Positions 45,794 to 59,203 of a stretch of DNA of 64,000 bases are shown here, piece after piece. Each line of letters starts with the position of its first letter. Positions within the stretch are counted from its first letter, which is position 1. The stretch lies in assembly GCF_053078305.1 (NCBI RefSeq), contig NZ_CP166879.1. The stretch is one strand, 5' to 3'. A program made the translations under genes and the position numbers. The notes beneath the pieces are model-generated. The model was not told where the DNA came from. It did not search any database and worked only from the letters and a program-made list of their open reading frames with translations.

Positions 45794-45874
45794 TCGCCAG
45801 CAAAAATAACTGGTTACCTTTAATCCGTTACGGATGAAAATTACGCAACCAGTTCATTTTTCTCAACGTAACAC

Positions 45875-45902
45875 TTTACAGCGGCGCGTCATTTGATATG
45901 AT
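45875..45902 (+). promoter_or_regulatory. tyrT promoter
   Basis: TTTACA -35 and TATGAT -10 (16-bp spacing) followed by GC-rich discriminator GCGCCCCGC; tRNA 5' end about 43 nt downstream. Confidence 0.8.
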
Positions 45903-45952
45903 GCGCCCCGCTTCCCGATAAGGGAGCAGGCCAGTAAAAAGCATTACCCCGT

Positions 45953-46037
<85 letters not shown>

Positions 46038-46217
46038 TCACTTTCAAAAGTCCCTGAACTCTCAAACGAATCCGTAATTAAATATTCTGCCCAAGCGGGG
46101 AAGGATGAGAAGCTTCGACCAAGGTTCGACTTGAGCGCCAGCCAGAGAGCGTTGCCGCAGGCAACGACCCGAAGGGCGAAGCGCGCAGCGCTGAGTAATC
46201 CTTCCCCCACCACCATC
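46038..46217 (+). repeat. rtT-type repeat unit ending in a copy of the tRNA-Tyr 3' end
   Basis: TCCTTCCCCCACCACCA recurs at 46199..46215 about 165 bp after the tRNA; only one unit present. Confidence 0.55.
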
Positions 46218-46261
46218 GCTTCCTGAAATAATCAAAACCTGTTACTCCGAGCTAATTTTGC

Positions 46262-46350
46262 CCGATGGCACCGCGTTTACCGGACCTACAATATCCTCCC
46301 CTGTAGGTCGGATAAGCGAAGCGCATCCGACAACTCACCCCGCACCGTGC
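46262..46350. repeat. REP (repetitive extragenic palindromic) element(s)
   Basis: CCGGACCTACA...CCTGTAGGTCGGATAAGCGAAGCGCATCCGACA palindromic units. Confidence 0.6.
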
Positions 46351-46398
46351 CCATAAAAAAACCCCGCCGAAGCAGGGTCTATGTGAACTAAAATTCGC

Positions 46399-47076
46399 TT
46401 AGTGACGAGCGCGCACCAGCTGGTACTTACGTGTCAGATACTCCACCGGTACGCTCCAGATGTGTACCAGACGCGAGAACGGGAACAGCAGGAATAACGT
46501 CATCCCCAGCACCAGGTGTAGACGGAAGATAAACGCCACACCATCGAGGTGTTGAGAAGCGCCACCGTGGAAGGTCACCACCGACTGCGCCCAGCCAACC
46601 AGTTTCATCATCTCGCTACCGTCCATATGCTGAGCGGAGAATGGAATGGTCAGCAGGCCCAGCGCGCACTGGATAACGAGCAGCGACAGGATCAGTATAT
46701 CCGCTCCGGTAGTCGTTGCACGCACGCGTGGGCTGAACAGACGACGCTTCAGCAAAAGCACGCCGCCAATCAGACACAGCACGCCGCTGGCACCACCAGC
46801 AAACATCGCCATTTTCTGTTTCACTTCAATCGGCAGCCAGGCTTCATACATCCAGTGCGGCGTCAGCATACCGAAGAAGTGACCGACAAAAATCCCCAGA
46901 ATACCGATATGGAACAGGTTCGACGCCAGGTTCATCCCTTTGCGATCCAGCATCTGGCTGGACGCCGCGCGCCAGGTGTACTGCCCGTAGTCATAACGCA
47001 GCCAGCTACCAATCAGGAAGACCGCCCCGGCTATATACGGGTAGATATCAAAGAAGAACATATTCAGGAATTGCAT
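46399..47076 (-). CDS. narI: Respiratory nitrate reductase 1 gamma subunit
   Basis: 225 aa, heme-b membrane subunit. Confidence 0.95.
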   Translation of the reverse strand: MQFLNMFFFDIYPYIAGAVFLIGSWLRYDYGQYTWRAASSQMLDRKGMNLASNLFHIGILGIFVGHFFGMLTPHWMYEAWLPIEVKQKMAMFAGGASGVLCLIGGVLLLKRRLFSPRVRATTTGADILILSLLVIQCALGLLTIPFSAQHMDGSEMMKLVGWAQSVVTFHGGASQHLDGVAFIFRLHLVLGMTLFLLFPFSRLVHIWSVPVEYLTRKYQLVRARH

Positions 47077-47786
47077 TAGTGCTGTCCTCCGGTGGTGATA
47101 TTCAGATATTGCGGCGCGACGGCACCGGCAAAGCGACGCTGATGAGCAGTGATTGCTGAATCACCGCAGCCTTTGTCAGCAAAGAATTTAACCTGCTCTT
47201 CTTCCCAGACAGCATCCAGCGCCTGCGGCGTATCATCGCGCGCTTCGTCGGCAATTTTTTCCGCCACTTTGTCGCTGTCGATAGCGGTATTCGCCAGTTT
47301 CAGCAGCAGATCAAACAGCACGGCATAACGGCTTTCACGCTGTTGCAGACGCGCGCTCAGCAATGCCAGAATCGGCGCGATATCTTTCAAACCTTCCACG
47401 GCTTCGCTTTGCGGCAGCTGCGACAGGTACTCCAGATACAGCGGCAGATGATCCGGCAATTCGCGGCTGTTTAACTGCAAGCCGTGCTGCTCGTACTGCG
47501 CCAACAGGTCCACCATCGCCTGGCCGCGGTCGCGGGATTCGCCGTGCACATGTTCAAACAGCAACAGTGACGTGGCGCGGCCACGGTCGAACAGTTCGCT
47601 GTACTGCGCCTGGGCATCGAGCGGATCCATCGTCGTTAAATCGCGCAGGAAAATGCCCAGCGCATGGGCATCCTCTTTTGGCAGATTTTTCGACGCGGCA
47701 ATCGCCTCAAACATCTCTTGTTGATGCTGCCATAAGGCAGCATCCGGATATTCAAGGAGACGCGATACAATCACGAGTTCGATCAT
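47076..47786 (-). CDS. narJ: Nitrate reductase molybdenum cofactor assembly chaperone
   Basis: 236 aa. Confidence 0.95.
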   Translation of the reverse strand: MIELVIVSRLLEYPDAALWQHQQEMFEAIAASKNLPKEDAHALGIFLRDLTTMDPLDAQAQYSELFDRGRATSLLLFEHVHGESRDRGQAMVDLLAQYEQHGLQLNSRELPDHLPLYLEYLSQLPQSEAVEGLKDIAPILALLSARLQQRESRYAVLFDLLLKLANTAIDSDKVAEKIADEARDDTPQALDAVWEEEQVKFFADKGCGDSAITAHQRRFAGAVAPQYLNITTGGQH

Positions 47787-49321
47787 GGATGCGGCTCCGT
47801 TTTGCTGGTCACATCGATGGCATCGATACGACGGCTGTTGAACAGATTGAATTTGGTATCTGAACCGTGGCAGCCATCACCAAAGGTAAAGCCGCAGCCA
47901 TTTTTCTCCGGGAAGGCTTCCCGTGCCAGTTCACGATGACTACTCGGCACCACAAAGCGATCTTCGTAGTTAGCAATCGCCAGATAACGGTACATCTCCT
48001 GTGCCTGGGCTTCGGTCAGACCGACCTCTTCCAGCGCACGGGTATCAACTTTACCGTCAACGGTTTCAGCACGTTTGTAATGACGCATCGCCAGCATACG
48101 TTTCAGTGCGCGCAGTACCGGTTTGGTATCACCGGCGGTCAGCAGATTCGCCAGATACTGTACCGGAATACGCAGGCTTTCGACGTCTGGCAGAATGCCG
48201 TTGCTACCCAGCTCACCCGCGTCTGCTGCAGACTGAATCGGAGACAGAGGCGGCACGTACCAGACCATCGGCAGTGTGCGATATTCCGGATGCAGCGGCA
48301 GCGCCAGTTTCCATTCCATCGCCATTTTATAAACCGGCGACTGCTGTGCAGCTTCAATAACGCTCAGCGGAATACCGTCTTTAATCGCCTGCTCGATGAC
48401 TTTCGGATCGTTCGGATCGAGGAACACCTCCAGCTGACGCTGGTAGAGATCTTTCTCGTTCTCGGTGCTGGCTGCACGTTCAATCGCGTCGGCATCGTAC
48501 AGCAGCACGCCAAGATAACGGATACGACCGACACAGGTTTCTGAGCACACGGTCGGCTGACCCGCTTCAATACGCGGATAGCAGAAGATGCACTTCTCAG
48601 ACTTACCGCTCTTCCAGTTGAAGTAGATTTTTTTGTACGGGCATCCGGTGATGCACATACGCCAGCCACGGCATTTATCCTGGTCGATCAGGACGATGCC
48701 ATCTTCTTCACGCTTGTAAATCGCACCGCTCGGGCAGGTCGCCACACATGCCGGGTTCAGGCAGTGTTCGCACAGGCGCGGCAAATACATCATGAAGGTG
48801 TTTTCGAACTGGCTATACATCGCCTTCTGGATGTTGTCGAAGTTCTTGTCTTTCGCCAGTTTGTCAAACTCACCGCCCAGGTCATCTTCCCAGTTCGGCC
48901 CTTTTTCGATTTTCGCCATCCGTTCCCCGGTAATCAGCGAACGCGGACGGGCAATCGGCTGCGATTTGCTGCCTTCCGGCGCGGTATGCAGGTTCTGATA
49001 GTCAAAATCGAACGGCTCGTAATAATCGTCGATCCCCGGCAGATGCGGGTTAGCGAAGATTTTACCCAGCAGCATGGCACGGTTACCCATGCGCGGCTGC
49101 AGTTTGCCGTTGATTTTACGGATCCAGCCGCCTTTGTATTTTTCCTGGTTTTCCCAGTCAGTCGGGAAGCCCTGGCCCGGCTTGGTTTCCACGTTGTTGA
49201 ACCACGCGTATTCCACGCCTTCACGGCTGGTCCAGACGTTTTTACAGGTAACTGAACAGGTGTGGCAGCCGATGCACTTATCGAGATTCAGCACCATGCC
49301 GACTTGTGAACGAATTTTCAT
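47783..49321 (-). CDS. narH: Respiratory nitrate reductase 1 beta subunit
   Basis: 512 aa, Fe-S Cys clusters. Confidence 0.97.
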   Translation of the reverse strand: MKIRSQVGMVLNLDKCIGCHTCSVTCKNVWTSREGVEYAWFNNVETKPGQGFPTDWENQEKYKGGWIRKINGKLQPRMGNRAMLLGKIFANPHLPGIDDYYEPFDFDYQNLHTAPEGSKSQPIARPRSLITGERMAKIEKGPNWEDDLGGEFDKLAKDKNFDNIQKAMYSQFENTFMMYLPRLCEHCLNPACVATCPSGAIYKREEDGIVLIDQDKCRGWRMCITGCPYKKIYFNWKSGKSEKCIFCYPRIEAGQPTVCSETCVGRIRYLGVLLYDADAIERAASTENEKDLYQRQLEVFLDPNDPKVIEQAIKDGIPLSVIEAAQQSPVYKMAMEWKLALPLHPEYRTLPMVWYVPPLSPIQSAADAGELGSNGILPDVESLRIPVQYLANLLTAGDTKPVLRALKRMLAMRHYKRAETVDGKVDTRALEEVGLTEAQAQEMYRYLAIANYEDRFVVPSSHRELAREAFPEKNGCGFTFGDGCHGSDTKFNLFNSRRIDAIDVTSKTEPHP

Positions 49322-52300
49322 TTTACGCTCTCCTGTACCTGGTCATTGCCTTCGCCATCTAACCAGTCAATGTTCTTCATCTTACGCACTACAACAAACT
49401 CATCGCGGTTAGAACCTACGGTGCCGTAGTAGTTAAAGCCGTATGCCAGATGGGCATAGCCGCCGATCATATGCGTCGGTTTCGGCGTGATACGGGTGAC
49501 CGAGTTATGGATACCACCACGCTGTTGGGTAATTTCCGAACCAGGCAGGTTAACGATACGTTCCTGCGCGTGGTACATCATGGTCATCCCTGCCGGAACA
49601 CGCTGGCTGACAACCGCACGGGCAGTCAGAGCACCGTTGCTGTTGAAGACTTCAATCCAGTCGTTATCGGCAATACCCAGATCTTTGGCATCGGCTTCAC
49701 TCAGCCAGACCACCGGACCACCGCGACCTAAAGTCAGCATCAGCAGGTTGTCGCTGTAGGTGGAGTGGATACCCCACTTCTGGTGCGGCGTCAGGAAGTT
49801 GAGCGCTTTTTCCGGGTTGCCGTTGGATTTTTGGCCTATCACTTCTTTCACCGAACGGGTGTCGATCGGCGGACGATAAACCAGCAAGCTTTCACCGAAA
49901 TCACGCATCCATTGGTGATCCTGATACAGCTGCTGACGGCCAGAGAGCGTACGCCACGGGATCAGCTCGTGAACGTTGGTGTAACCGGCGTTGTAAGAAA
50001 CGTGTTCATCTTCAAGGCCAGACCAGGTCGGGCTGGAGATGATTTTGCGCGGCTGTGCCTGAATATCGCGGAAGCGGATCTTCTCGTCTTCTTTATTCAG
50101 CGCCAGATGCGTATGGTCACGACCGGTAAATTCGCTCAGGGCAGCCCAGGCTTTCACGGCTACCTGACCGTTGGTTTCCGGTGCCAGTGTCAGGATCATC
50201 TCTGCCGCATCAATTGCGGTGTTCAGCATCGGCTGGCCTTTCGCCGGACCTTCCGCTTTGGTGTAGTTGAGCTTACGCAGCAGATCCATCTCGCTCTGGG
50301 TGTTCCATGCAATCCCTTTACCGCCATTACCGATTTTCTCCATCAGCGGGCCGATAGAGGTAAAGCGTTCGTAAGTCGCTGGATAATCGCGCTCTACGAC
50401 CATAATGTGCGGTGCAGTTTTGCCTGGGATCAGGTCGCATTCGCCTTTTTTCCAGTCTTTCACATCCAGCGGCTGCGCCAGTTCAGCGGCAGAGTCGTGC
50501 TGGATAGGCAGCGTGACGATGTCGGTTTCTTTACCCAGATGGCCGACGCACACTTCGGAGAATTTCTTCGCGATGGCTTTGTAGATTTCCCAGTCGCTTT
50601 TCGCTTCCCAGGCCGGATCGACCGCCGCAGACAGCGGGTGAATAAACGGATGCATATCCGAAGTATTCATGTCGTCTTTTTCGTACCAGGTCGCCGTCGG
50701 CAAAATGATGTCGGAATAGAGACAGGTGCTCGACAGACGGAAGTCCAGCGTAACCACCAGATCCAGCTTGCCTTCCAGACCATTGTCCTGCCAGTCCACT
50801 TCTTCCGGCTTCACGCCGCCCTGCTGCCCCAGATCTTTACCCTGGATACCGTGCTCCGTCCCCAGCAGGTACTTGAGCATAAACTCATGACCTTTACCGG
50901 AAGAACCGAGCAGGTTAGAACGCCAGATGAACAGGTTGCGCGGGTGGTTTTTACCGTTTTCTGGTTGTTCTGCCGCAAAACGGATGGAACCCTCTTTCAG
51001 GGATTTCACCGTATAGTCCACCGGATTCATCCCGGCTTTTTCCGCTTCGCCAGCGATAGTCAGCGGGTTAGTGCCTAACTGCGGTGCAGACGGCAGCCAG
51101 CCCATGCGTTCCGCACGGACGTTAAAGTCGATCAGGTGTCCGGTATAACGGGATTTATCCGCCATCGGTGACAGCAACTCTTCCGCCGTGACGGTTTCAT
51201 AACGCCACTGGCTGGAGTGGTTATAGAAATAAGAAGTGCTGTTCATGTGACGCGCCGGACGCTGCCAGTCAAGGGCAAACGCCAGCGGCTGCCATCCGGT
51301 TTGCGGACGCAGTTTTTCCTGACCTACATAGTGCGCCCAGCCGCCCCCGCTCTGACCGACACAGCCGCAGAAAATCAGCATGTTGATCAGACCACGATAG
51401 TTCATATCGAGGTGATACCAGTGGTTCAGCCCCGCACCGACGATAATCATCGAACGACCGTGCGTTTTATCAGCGTTATCGGCAAATTCACGGGCGATGC
51501 GAATAATCTGGCTGCGAGAAACGCCGGTAATCTGCTCGGCCCAGGCCGGGGTATAAGCTTTCACATCGTCATAGCTGGTTGCACAGTTAACGTCGTTCAG
51601 GCCACGTTCCAGACCGTAGTTTGCCAGCGTCAGATCATAAACGGTGGTCACCAGGGCGGTGCTGCCATCAGCCAGTTGCAGGCGTTTTACCGGCAGTTTG
51701 TGCAGCAGCACGTTTTCCAGTTCCACTTTGTTGAAGTGTTCCGTGCCGTCGCCACCAAAGTACGGGAAGCCTACCTCAGCGATCTCATCCTGGCTACCCA
51801 GCAGGCTCAGTTGCAGCTCGGTTTCTTCGCCAGTTTTGCCGTCGCGCTGCTCAAGATTCCATTTGCCCTTCTCGCCCCAGCGGAAGCCAATAGAACCGTT
51901 CGGCGCAACCATTTCGCCATTGGTATTAAAGGCGACAGTTTTCCATTCCGGATTGTTTTCCTGGCCCAGCGCATCAACCAGATCAGCAGCGCGCAGCATA
52001 CGACCTGCAGCGTAGTAACCGTCGCGTTCTTCCAGCATCACCAGCATCGGCATGTCGGTGTAGCGACGCACATAGTCGGTGAAATACTGGCTTGGGTTGT
52101 CGAGGTGGAATTCACGCAGCATTACGTGGCCCATCGCCAGCGCCATTGCCGCATCGGTGCCCTGTTTCGGTGCCAGCCACAGATCGCACAGTTTGGCGAT
52201 TTCAGCGTAGTCTGGTGTGACGGCAACAGTTTTGGTGCCTTTGTAACGCACTTCAGTAAAGAAGTGAGCATCCGGGGTACGCGTCTGCGGCACGTTTGAA

Positions 52301-53061
52301 CCCCAGGCGATGATGTAGCTGGAGTTGTACCAGTCAGCAGATTCCGGTACGTCAGTTTGCTCGCCCCAGGTTTGCGGAGACGCAGGAGGCAGGTCGCAGT
52401 ACCAGTCGTAGAAGCTTAAGCAAGTACCGCCAATCAGAGAGAGATAGCGTGCACCCGATGCGTAAGAAACCATCGACATTGCCGGAATTGGCGAGAAACC
52501 AGCAACACGGTCCGGGCCGTAGTTTTTGATGGTGTAAACGTTAGATGCGGCGATCAGTTCGTTCACCTCCTGCCAGGAAGAACGAACAAAACCACCGCGT
52601 CCACGCGCCTGCTTAAAGCTTTTCGCTTTATCGGCGTCTTCAATGATAGAAGCCCATGCCTCAACCGGATCGCTATGCAGCGCCTTCGCTTCACGCCACA
52701 TTTTCATCAGGCGTTTGCGCATCATCGGGTATTTCAGGCGGTTGGCACTGTAAAGATACCAGGAGTAGCTGGCACCGCGCGGGCAGCCGCGAGGTTCATG
52801 GTTTGGCAGATCCGGACGGGTACGCGGATAGTCAGTCTGCTGGGTTTCCCAGGTGACCAGACCGTTTTTGACGTAGATTTTCCAGCTGCAGGAGCCGGTG
52901 CAGTTTACCCCGTGGGTAGAGCGGACGATTTTGTCATGCTGCCAACGCTGGCGATATCCATCCTCCCAGTCACGGTTGGTATTGAGAAGCTGGCCATGCC
53001 CATCGGCAAAGGTTTCACCCTTCTGTTTGAAGTAGCGAAACCGGTCCAGGAATTTACTCAT
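49318..53061 (-). CDS. narG: Respiratory nitrate reductase 1 alpha subunit
   Basis: 1247 aa molybdopterin enzyme. Confidence 0.97.
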   Translation of the reverse strand: MSKFLDRFRYFKQKGETFADGHGQLLNTNRDWEDGYRQRWQHDKIVRSTHGVNCTGSCSWKIYVKNGLVTWETQQTDYPRTRPDLPNHEPRGCPRGASYSWYLYSANRLKYPMMRKRLMKMWREAKALHSDPVEAWASIIEDADKAKSFKQARGRGGFVRSSWQEVNELIAASNVYTIKNYGPDRVAGFSPIPAMSMVSYASGARYLSLIGGTCLSFYDWYCDLPPASPQTWGEQTDVPESADWYNSSYIIAWGSNVPQTRTPDAHFFTEVRYKGTKTVAVTPDYAEIAKLCDLWLAPKQGTDAAMALAMGHVMLREFHLDNPSQYFTDYVRRYTDMPMLVMLEERDGYYAAGRMLRAADLVDALGQENNPEWKTVAFNTNGEMVAPNGSIGFRWGEKGKWNLEQRDGKTGEETELQLSLLGSQDEIAEVGFPYFGGDGTEHFNKVELENVLLHKLPVKRLQLADGSTALVTTVYDLTLANYGLERGLNDVNCATSYDDVKAYTPAWAEQITGVSRSQIIRIAREFADNADKTHGRSMIIVGAGLNHWYHLDMNYRGLINMLIFCGCVGQSGGGWAHYVGQEKLRPQTGWQPLAFALDWQRPARHMNSTSYFYNHSSQWRYETVTAEELLSPMADKSRYTGHLIDFNVRAERMGWLPSAPQLGTNPLTIAGEAEKAGMNPVDYTVKSLKEGSIRFAAEQPENGKNHPRNLFIWRSNLLGSSGKGHEFMLKYLLGTEHGIQGKDLGQQGGVKPEEVDWQDNGLEGKLDLVVTLDFRLSSTCLYSDIILPTATWYEKDDMNTSDMHPFIHPLSAAVDPAWEAKSDWEIYKAIAKKFSEVCVGHLGKETDIVTLPIQHDSAAELAQPLDVKDWKKGECDLIPGKTAPHIMVVERDYPATYERFTSIGPLMEKIGNGGKGIAWNTQSEMDLLRKLNYTKAEGPAKGQPMLNTAIDAAEMILTLAPETNGQVAVKAWAALSEFTGRDHTHLALNKEDEKIRFRDIQAQPRKIISSPTWSGLEDEHVSYNAGYTNVHELIPWRTLSGRQQLYQDHQWMRDFGESLLVYRPPIDTRSVKEVIGQKSNGNPEKALNFLTPHQKWGIHSTYSDNLLMLTLGRGGPVVWLSEADAKDLGIADNDWIEVFNSNGALTARAVVSQRVPAGMTMMYHAQERIVNLPGSEITQQRGGIHNSVTRITPKPTHMIGGYAHLAYGFNYYGTVGSNRDEFVVVRKMKNIDWLDGEGNDQVQESVK

Positions 53062-53152
53062 CGGTTTTCTCCTGTGGGAGCCTGTCGGCCCTCTGATAAA
53101 TCGACATTGCTAATGTTTAAGGGCAAGGTAACGCTCTGAAACAGCGTGGGAA

Positions 53153-53166
53153 TTGATAACGATCAA
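53153..53166. promoter_or_regulatory. FNR site of narG promoter
   Basis: Perfect TTGATAACGATCAA about 98 bp upstream of narG start; NarL-type heptamer TACCCCT at 53204..53210. Confidence 0.7.
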
Positions 53167-53453
53167 GAGTGATGGGGATGAAAAATAAAGTAAATTCCTA
53201 AGATACCCCTTTAGGATAATTAACAGTTACAGCATAACATGCTGTAAATTAAGACGTTTTATACCTGTAGTTATTTAAACTATTAAGATTTTTATGCAAA
53301 TGGGTATTAAGGAGTATTCCCCATGGGTAACATATTAATGGCTCTTAATGAAATCCGGCGAAATAAACCATATAACATTAGTATGTTGTAACTAAATGAC
53401 GCATAAAAAAAGCGCGACATCATGCCGCGCAAAGGATAATCAAATATTAAGAT

Positions 53454-54845
53454 TTATTTTTTAGAATGCCGACCATATACCGCCCAGGTAATCACTACGC
53501 AGGCGATATAGAAAATCAAAAATACCTTCATTGCGCCGACTGGCGAACCCGTTAATGCCAGCGAGCTACCAAACGCTTTCGGGATAAAGAAGCCACCAAT
53601 CGCGCCAATCGCAGAGATGAAACCCAGCGCCGCCGCCGTGTCGGTTGCCGCTTCACGCATCGCACGTTCGTCAGAACCCCCTTCTGCTTTCACGCGATCC
53701 ATTGTCAGTTTACGGAAGATCACTGAAATCATCTGGAAAGTGGAACCACTACCCAGCCCAGCTGTCAGGAACAGCGCCAGGAAGACCGCGAAGAACGCCA
53801 TGAAGCTTCCGCCCTGCCCGTCAGTCGGTAAGGTCAGGAACAGCAGGCCGCTGAAAATCGCCATCAGAATAAAGTTCACCAGCGTGACACGAGTTCCGCC
53901 CAGACGGTCAGATAATGCACCACCTGCAGAACGCGCCAGCGCACCAATAAACGGCCCGAAGAAAGCGTATTGCAGAATCTGAACATCCGGGAACTGCGTT
54001 TTTGACAGCATCGCAAAGCCCGCGGAGAAGCCGATAAAGGAGCCGAAGGTTGCCAGATACAGCAGGCTCATAATCCACAGATGACCCCGTTTGAGTACCG
54101 GCAACTGCTCCTTGATGGAGGCTTTCGAGGTAGCAAGATCGTTCATGCCAAACCACGCCGCAATGGTGAAGATGGCAAGGAACGGCACCCATATCCAGGA
54201 CGCATTCGCCAGATACAGCTCAGTCCCATCCGGCTGTTTGACGCCCTGGCTACCAAATACTGCGAAAATCGACAGTGATACCACCAGCGGAGCAACCAAC
54301 TGCATAACGCTAACGCCCATGTTGCCCAGACCACCATTCAGGCCCAGCGCGCCACCCTGCTTCTGTTTCGGAAAGAAGAAGCTGATGTTTGCCATACTGG
54401 AAGCGAAGTTCGCGCCAGCAAAGCCGCACAGCAGAGAGATGATGATGAAGACGCTATAAGGCGTGGAGGTATCCTGCACGGCAAAACCCAGCCAGACACA
54501 AGGAATAATCAGAATACCGGTGCTGAACGCCGTCCAGCGACGACCACCGAAGATAGGAACCATAAAGGAGTATGGAACACGTAATAACGCGCCAGAAACC
54601 GAAGGCAGCGCAGTCAACATAAATAGCTGATCGGTCGTAAAATTAAAACCGACTTTCGGTAAGTTCACCGCAACAGCGCTGAACAACATCCATACGCAAA
54701 ACGCCAGCAGCAGACAGGGAACGGAAATCCACAGGTTGCGGCTGGCAATACGTTGACCGCGTTGTTGCCAGAACGCAGGATCTTCCGGTCGCCAATCTGT
54801 AATGACAGCTCCAGTAGCCCTTTCGGGGGCGGATGAGTGACTCAT
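53454..54845 (-). CDS. narK: Nitrate/nitrite transporter (MFS)
   Basis: 463 aa from MSHSSAPERATG. Confidence 0.95.
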   Translation of the reverse strand: MSHSSAPERATGAVITDWRPEDPAFWQQRGQRIASRNLWISVPCLLLAFCVWMLFSAVAVNLPKVGFNFTTDQLFMLTALPSVSGALLRVPYSFMVPIFGGRRWTAFSTGILIIPCVWLGFAVQDTSTPYSVFIIISLLCGFAGANFASSMANISFFFPKQKQGGALGLNGGLGNMGVSVMQLVAPLVVSLSIFAVFGSQGVKQPDGTELYLANASWIWVPFLAIFTIAAWFGMNDLATSKASIKEQLPVLKRGHLWIMSLLYLATFGSFIGFSAGFAMLSKTQFPDVQILQYAFFGPFIGALARSAGGALSDRLGGTRVTLVNFILMAIFSGLLFLTLPTDGQGGSFMAFFAVFLALFLTAGLGSGSTFQMISVIFRKLTMDRVKAEGGSDERAMREAATDTAAALGFISAIGAIGGFFIPKAFGSSLALTGSPVGAMKVFLIFYIACVVITWAVYGRHSKK

Positions 54846-54905
54846 AGACACCTCTGATACTCGTTTCGATGTCTGCCACCTTAGTGTCTGTAGCTAAAGG
54901 CAATT

Positions 54906-54919
54906 TGATGTAAATCAAA
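54906..54919. promoter_or_regulatory. FNR site of narK promoter
   Basis: Perfect TTGATGTAAATCAA about 65 bp upstream of narK start. Confidence 0.65.
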
Positions 54920-55183
54920 CGATAAGATAACTTTATCTATCATTGATATTTATCATTACCCATAGTGAGTACAGTGATTTCATAAAAATTATGAGATTTT
55001 TCACGGTGCTGTAGAATCCCTACCCTTACCGATGTAAAGCGACTAACCACACGGCAAATAAGGAGTAACTCTTTCCGGGTATGGGTATACTTCAGCCAAT
55101 AGCCGAGAATACTGCCATTCCAGAATGTATCGTCACATTCATTAAGGTTATTGCTCATTTAAAGCCTGAAGGAAGAGGTTTAC

Positions 55184-56980
55184 ATGCTTAAACGTTGTCT
55201 CTCTCCGCTCACCCTGGTTAATCAGGTTGCGCTTATTGTGTTGCTTTCTACTGCTATTGGACTGGCAGGGATGGCGGTTTCTGGCTGGCTGGTGCAAGGC
55301 GTTCAGGGCAGCGCCCATGCGATCAACAAAGCGGGATCGCTGCGCATGCAAAGTTACCGTCTGTTGGCAGCAGTGCCATTAAGCGAGAAAGACAAGCCCT
55401 TAATTAAAGAGATGGAACAAACGGCATTTAGCGCCGAGTTGACTCGAGCAGCAGAACGAGACGGACAACTGGCGCAATTACAGGGTTTACAAGATTACTG
55501 GCGTAATGAACTGATCCCTGCGCTGATGCGGGCACAAAACCGAGAAACGGTATCAGCGGATGTCAGCCAGTTTGTTGCCGGGCTTGATCAGCTGGTATCT
55601 GGTTTTGACCGCACCACGGAAATGCGTATTGAGACAGTGGTACTGGTCCATCGGGTAATGGCGGTATTTATGGCACTTTTACTGGTGTTCACTATTATCT
55701 GGTTGCGGGCGCGACTGCTACAACCGTGGCGGCAACTGCTGGCAATGGCGAGTGCCGTCAGCCATCGCGATTTTACCCAACGCGCAAACATCAGCGGGCG
55801 CAACGAAATGGCGATGCTTGGAACTGCGTTGAACAATATGTCTGCAGAACTGGCCGAAAGTTATGCCGTACTTGAGCAGCGGGTTCAGGAGAAAACCGCC
55901 GGGCTGGAGCATAAAAATCAGATCCTCTCTTTTTTATGGCAGGCTAACCGCCGTTTGCATTCCCGCGCCCCGCTGTGTGAACGCCTGTCACCTGTACTCA
56001 ACGGCTTACAGAATTTAACCCTGCTACGTGATATCGAACTGCGGGTGTATGACACTGATGATGAAGAGAATCATCAGGAGTTTACCTGCCAGCCAGATAT
56101 GACTTGTGATGATAAAGGCTGCCAGCTCTGCCCGCGCGGCGTATTACCCGTTGGTGATCGCGGCACGACCCTGAAGTGGCGGCTGGCTGACTCTCATACG
56201 CAGTACGGTATTTTGCTGGCGACCCTGCCGCAGGGGCGTCATCTTAGCCATGATCAACAACAACTGGTGGATACCCTGGTTGAACAACTCACCGCCACGC
56301 TGGCGCTGGATCGGCATCAGGAACGTCAGCAACAGTTGATCGTGATGGAAGAGCGTGCCACCATTGCGCGCGAACTGCATGATTCTATTGCCCAATCTCT
56401 CTCTTGCATGAAGATGCAGGTGAGTTGTTTACAGATGCAGGGCGATGCGCTGCCAGAAAGCAGCCGCGAACTGTTAAGTCAGATCCGTAACGAACTGAAT
56501 GCATCCTGGGCGCAGTTGCGTGAATTGCTCACCACATTCCGCTTGCAGCTCACCGAGCCTGGATTACGTCCGGCGCTGGAGGCGAGTTGCGAAGAGTACA
56601 GCGCCAAATTTGGCTTCCCGGTGAAGCTGGATTATCAATTGCCGCCTCGTCTGGTGCCTTCGCATCAGGCAATCCACTTGTTGCAAATTGCCCGTGAGGC
56701 ATTAAGTAACGCCCTCAAACATTCGCAAGCGAGTGAGGTCGTGGTGACGGTGGCGCAAAACGATAATCAGGTCAAACTGACCGTCCAGGATAACGGCTGC
56801 GGCGTGCCTGAAAATGCCATCCGCAGCAATCACTACGGCATGATAATAATGCGCGACCGTGCGCAAAGTTTACGAGGCGATTGCCGCGTCCGCCGTCGTG
56901 AATCAGGTGGCACCGAAGTGGTGGTCACCTTTATTCCCGAAAAAACTTTCACAGACGTCCAAGGAGATACCCATGAGTAA
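55184..56980 (+). CDS. narX: Nitrate/nitrite sensor histidine kinase
   Basis: 598 aa, two N-terminal TM segments, HAMP, kinase core. Confidence 0.97.
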
Positions 56981-57623
56981 TCAGGAACCGGCTACTATCC
57001 TGCTGATTGACGATCACCCGATGCTGCGAACTGGCGTAAAACAGCTTATCAGTATGGCACCAGATATCACCGTGGTTGGCGAAGCGAGTAATGGCGAACA
57101 GGGTATTGAACTGGCGGAATCTCTTGATCCCGATCTGATCCTGTTAGATCTCAATATGCCCGGCATGAACGGTCTGGAAACGCTGGATAAACTGCGCGAA
57201 AAGTCCCTCTCAGGGCGCATTGTGGTATTCAGTGTCTCTAACCATGAAGAAGATGTGGTCACCGCACTGAAACGCGGCGCGGATGGCTATCTGTTAAAAG
57301 ATATGGAACCGGAAGATCTGCTGAAAGCATTGCATCAGGCAGCTGCTGGCGAAATGGTATTAAGCGAAGCATTAACGCCTGTTCTGGCCGCCAGCTTGCG
57401 CGCTAACCGTGCCACGACTGAGCGCGATGTTAACCAGTTAACCCCACGCGAGCGCGATATTCTCAAGCTGATTGCCCAGGGTTTGCCGAACAAGATGATT
57501 GCCCGCCGCCTGGACATCACCGAAAGCACAGTAAAAGTGCACGTCAAGCACATGCTGAAGAAAATGAAGCTCAAGTCTCGCGTGGAAGCAGCGGTATGGG
57601 TGCATCAGGAGCGCATTTTCTGA
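56973..57623 (+). CDS. narL: Nitrate/nitrite response regulator
   Basis: 216 aa from [19 protein letters not shown]; overlaps narX end. Confidence 0.97.
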
Positions 57624-59081
<1,458 letters not shown>

Positions 59082-59082
59082 A

Positions 59083-59186
<104 letters not shown>

Positions 59187-59203
59187 GAATACAGGAGTAA
59201 ATA

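Noticed and set aside
46101-46130. tpr (protamine-like) ORF in the rtT unit
   Set aside because: The ATG frame stops after 9 codons (MRSFDQGST then TGA); not called as a gene.
49765-52299. Plus-strand ORFs of 437 and 360 aa
   Set aside because: Both are antisense to narG, which is unambiguous on the minus strand.
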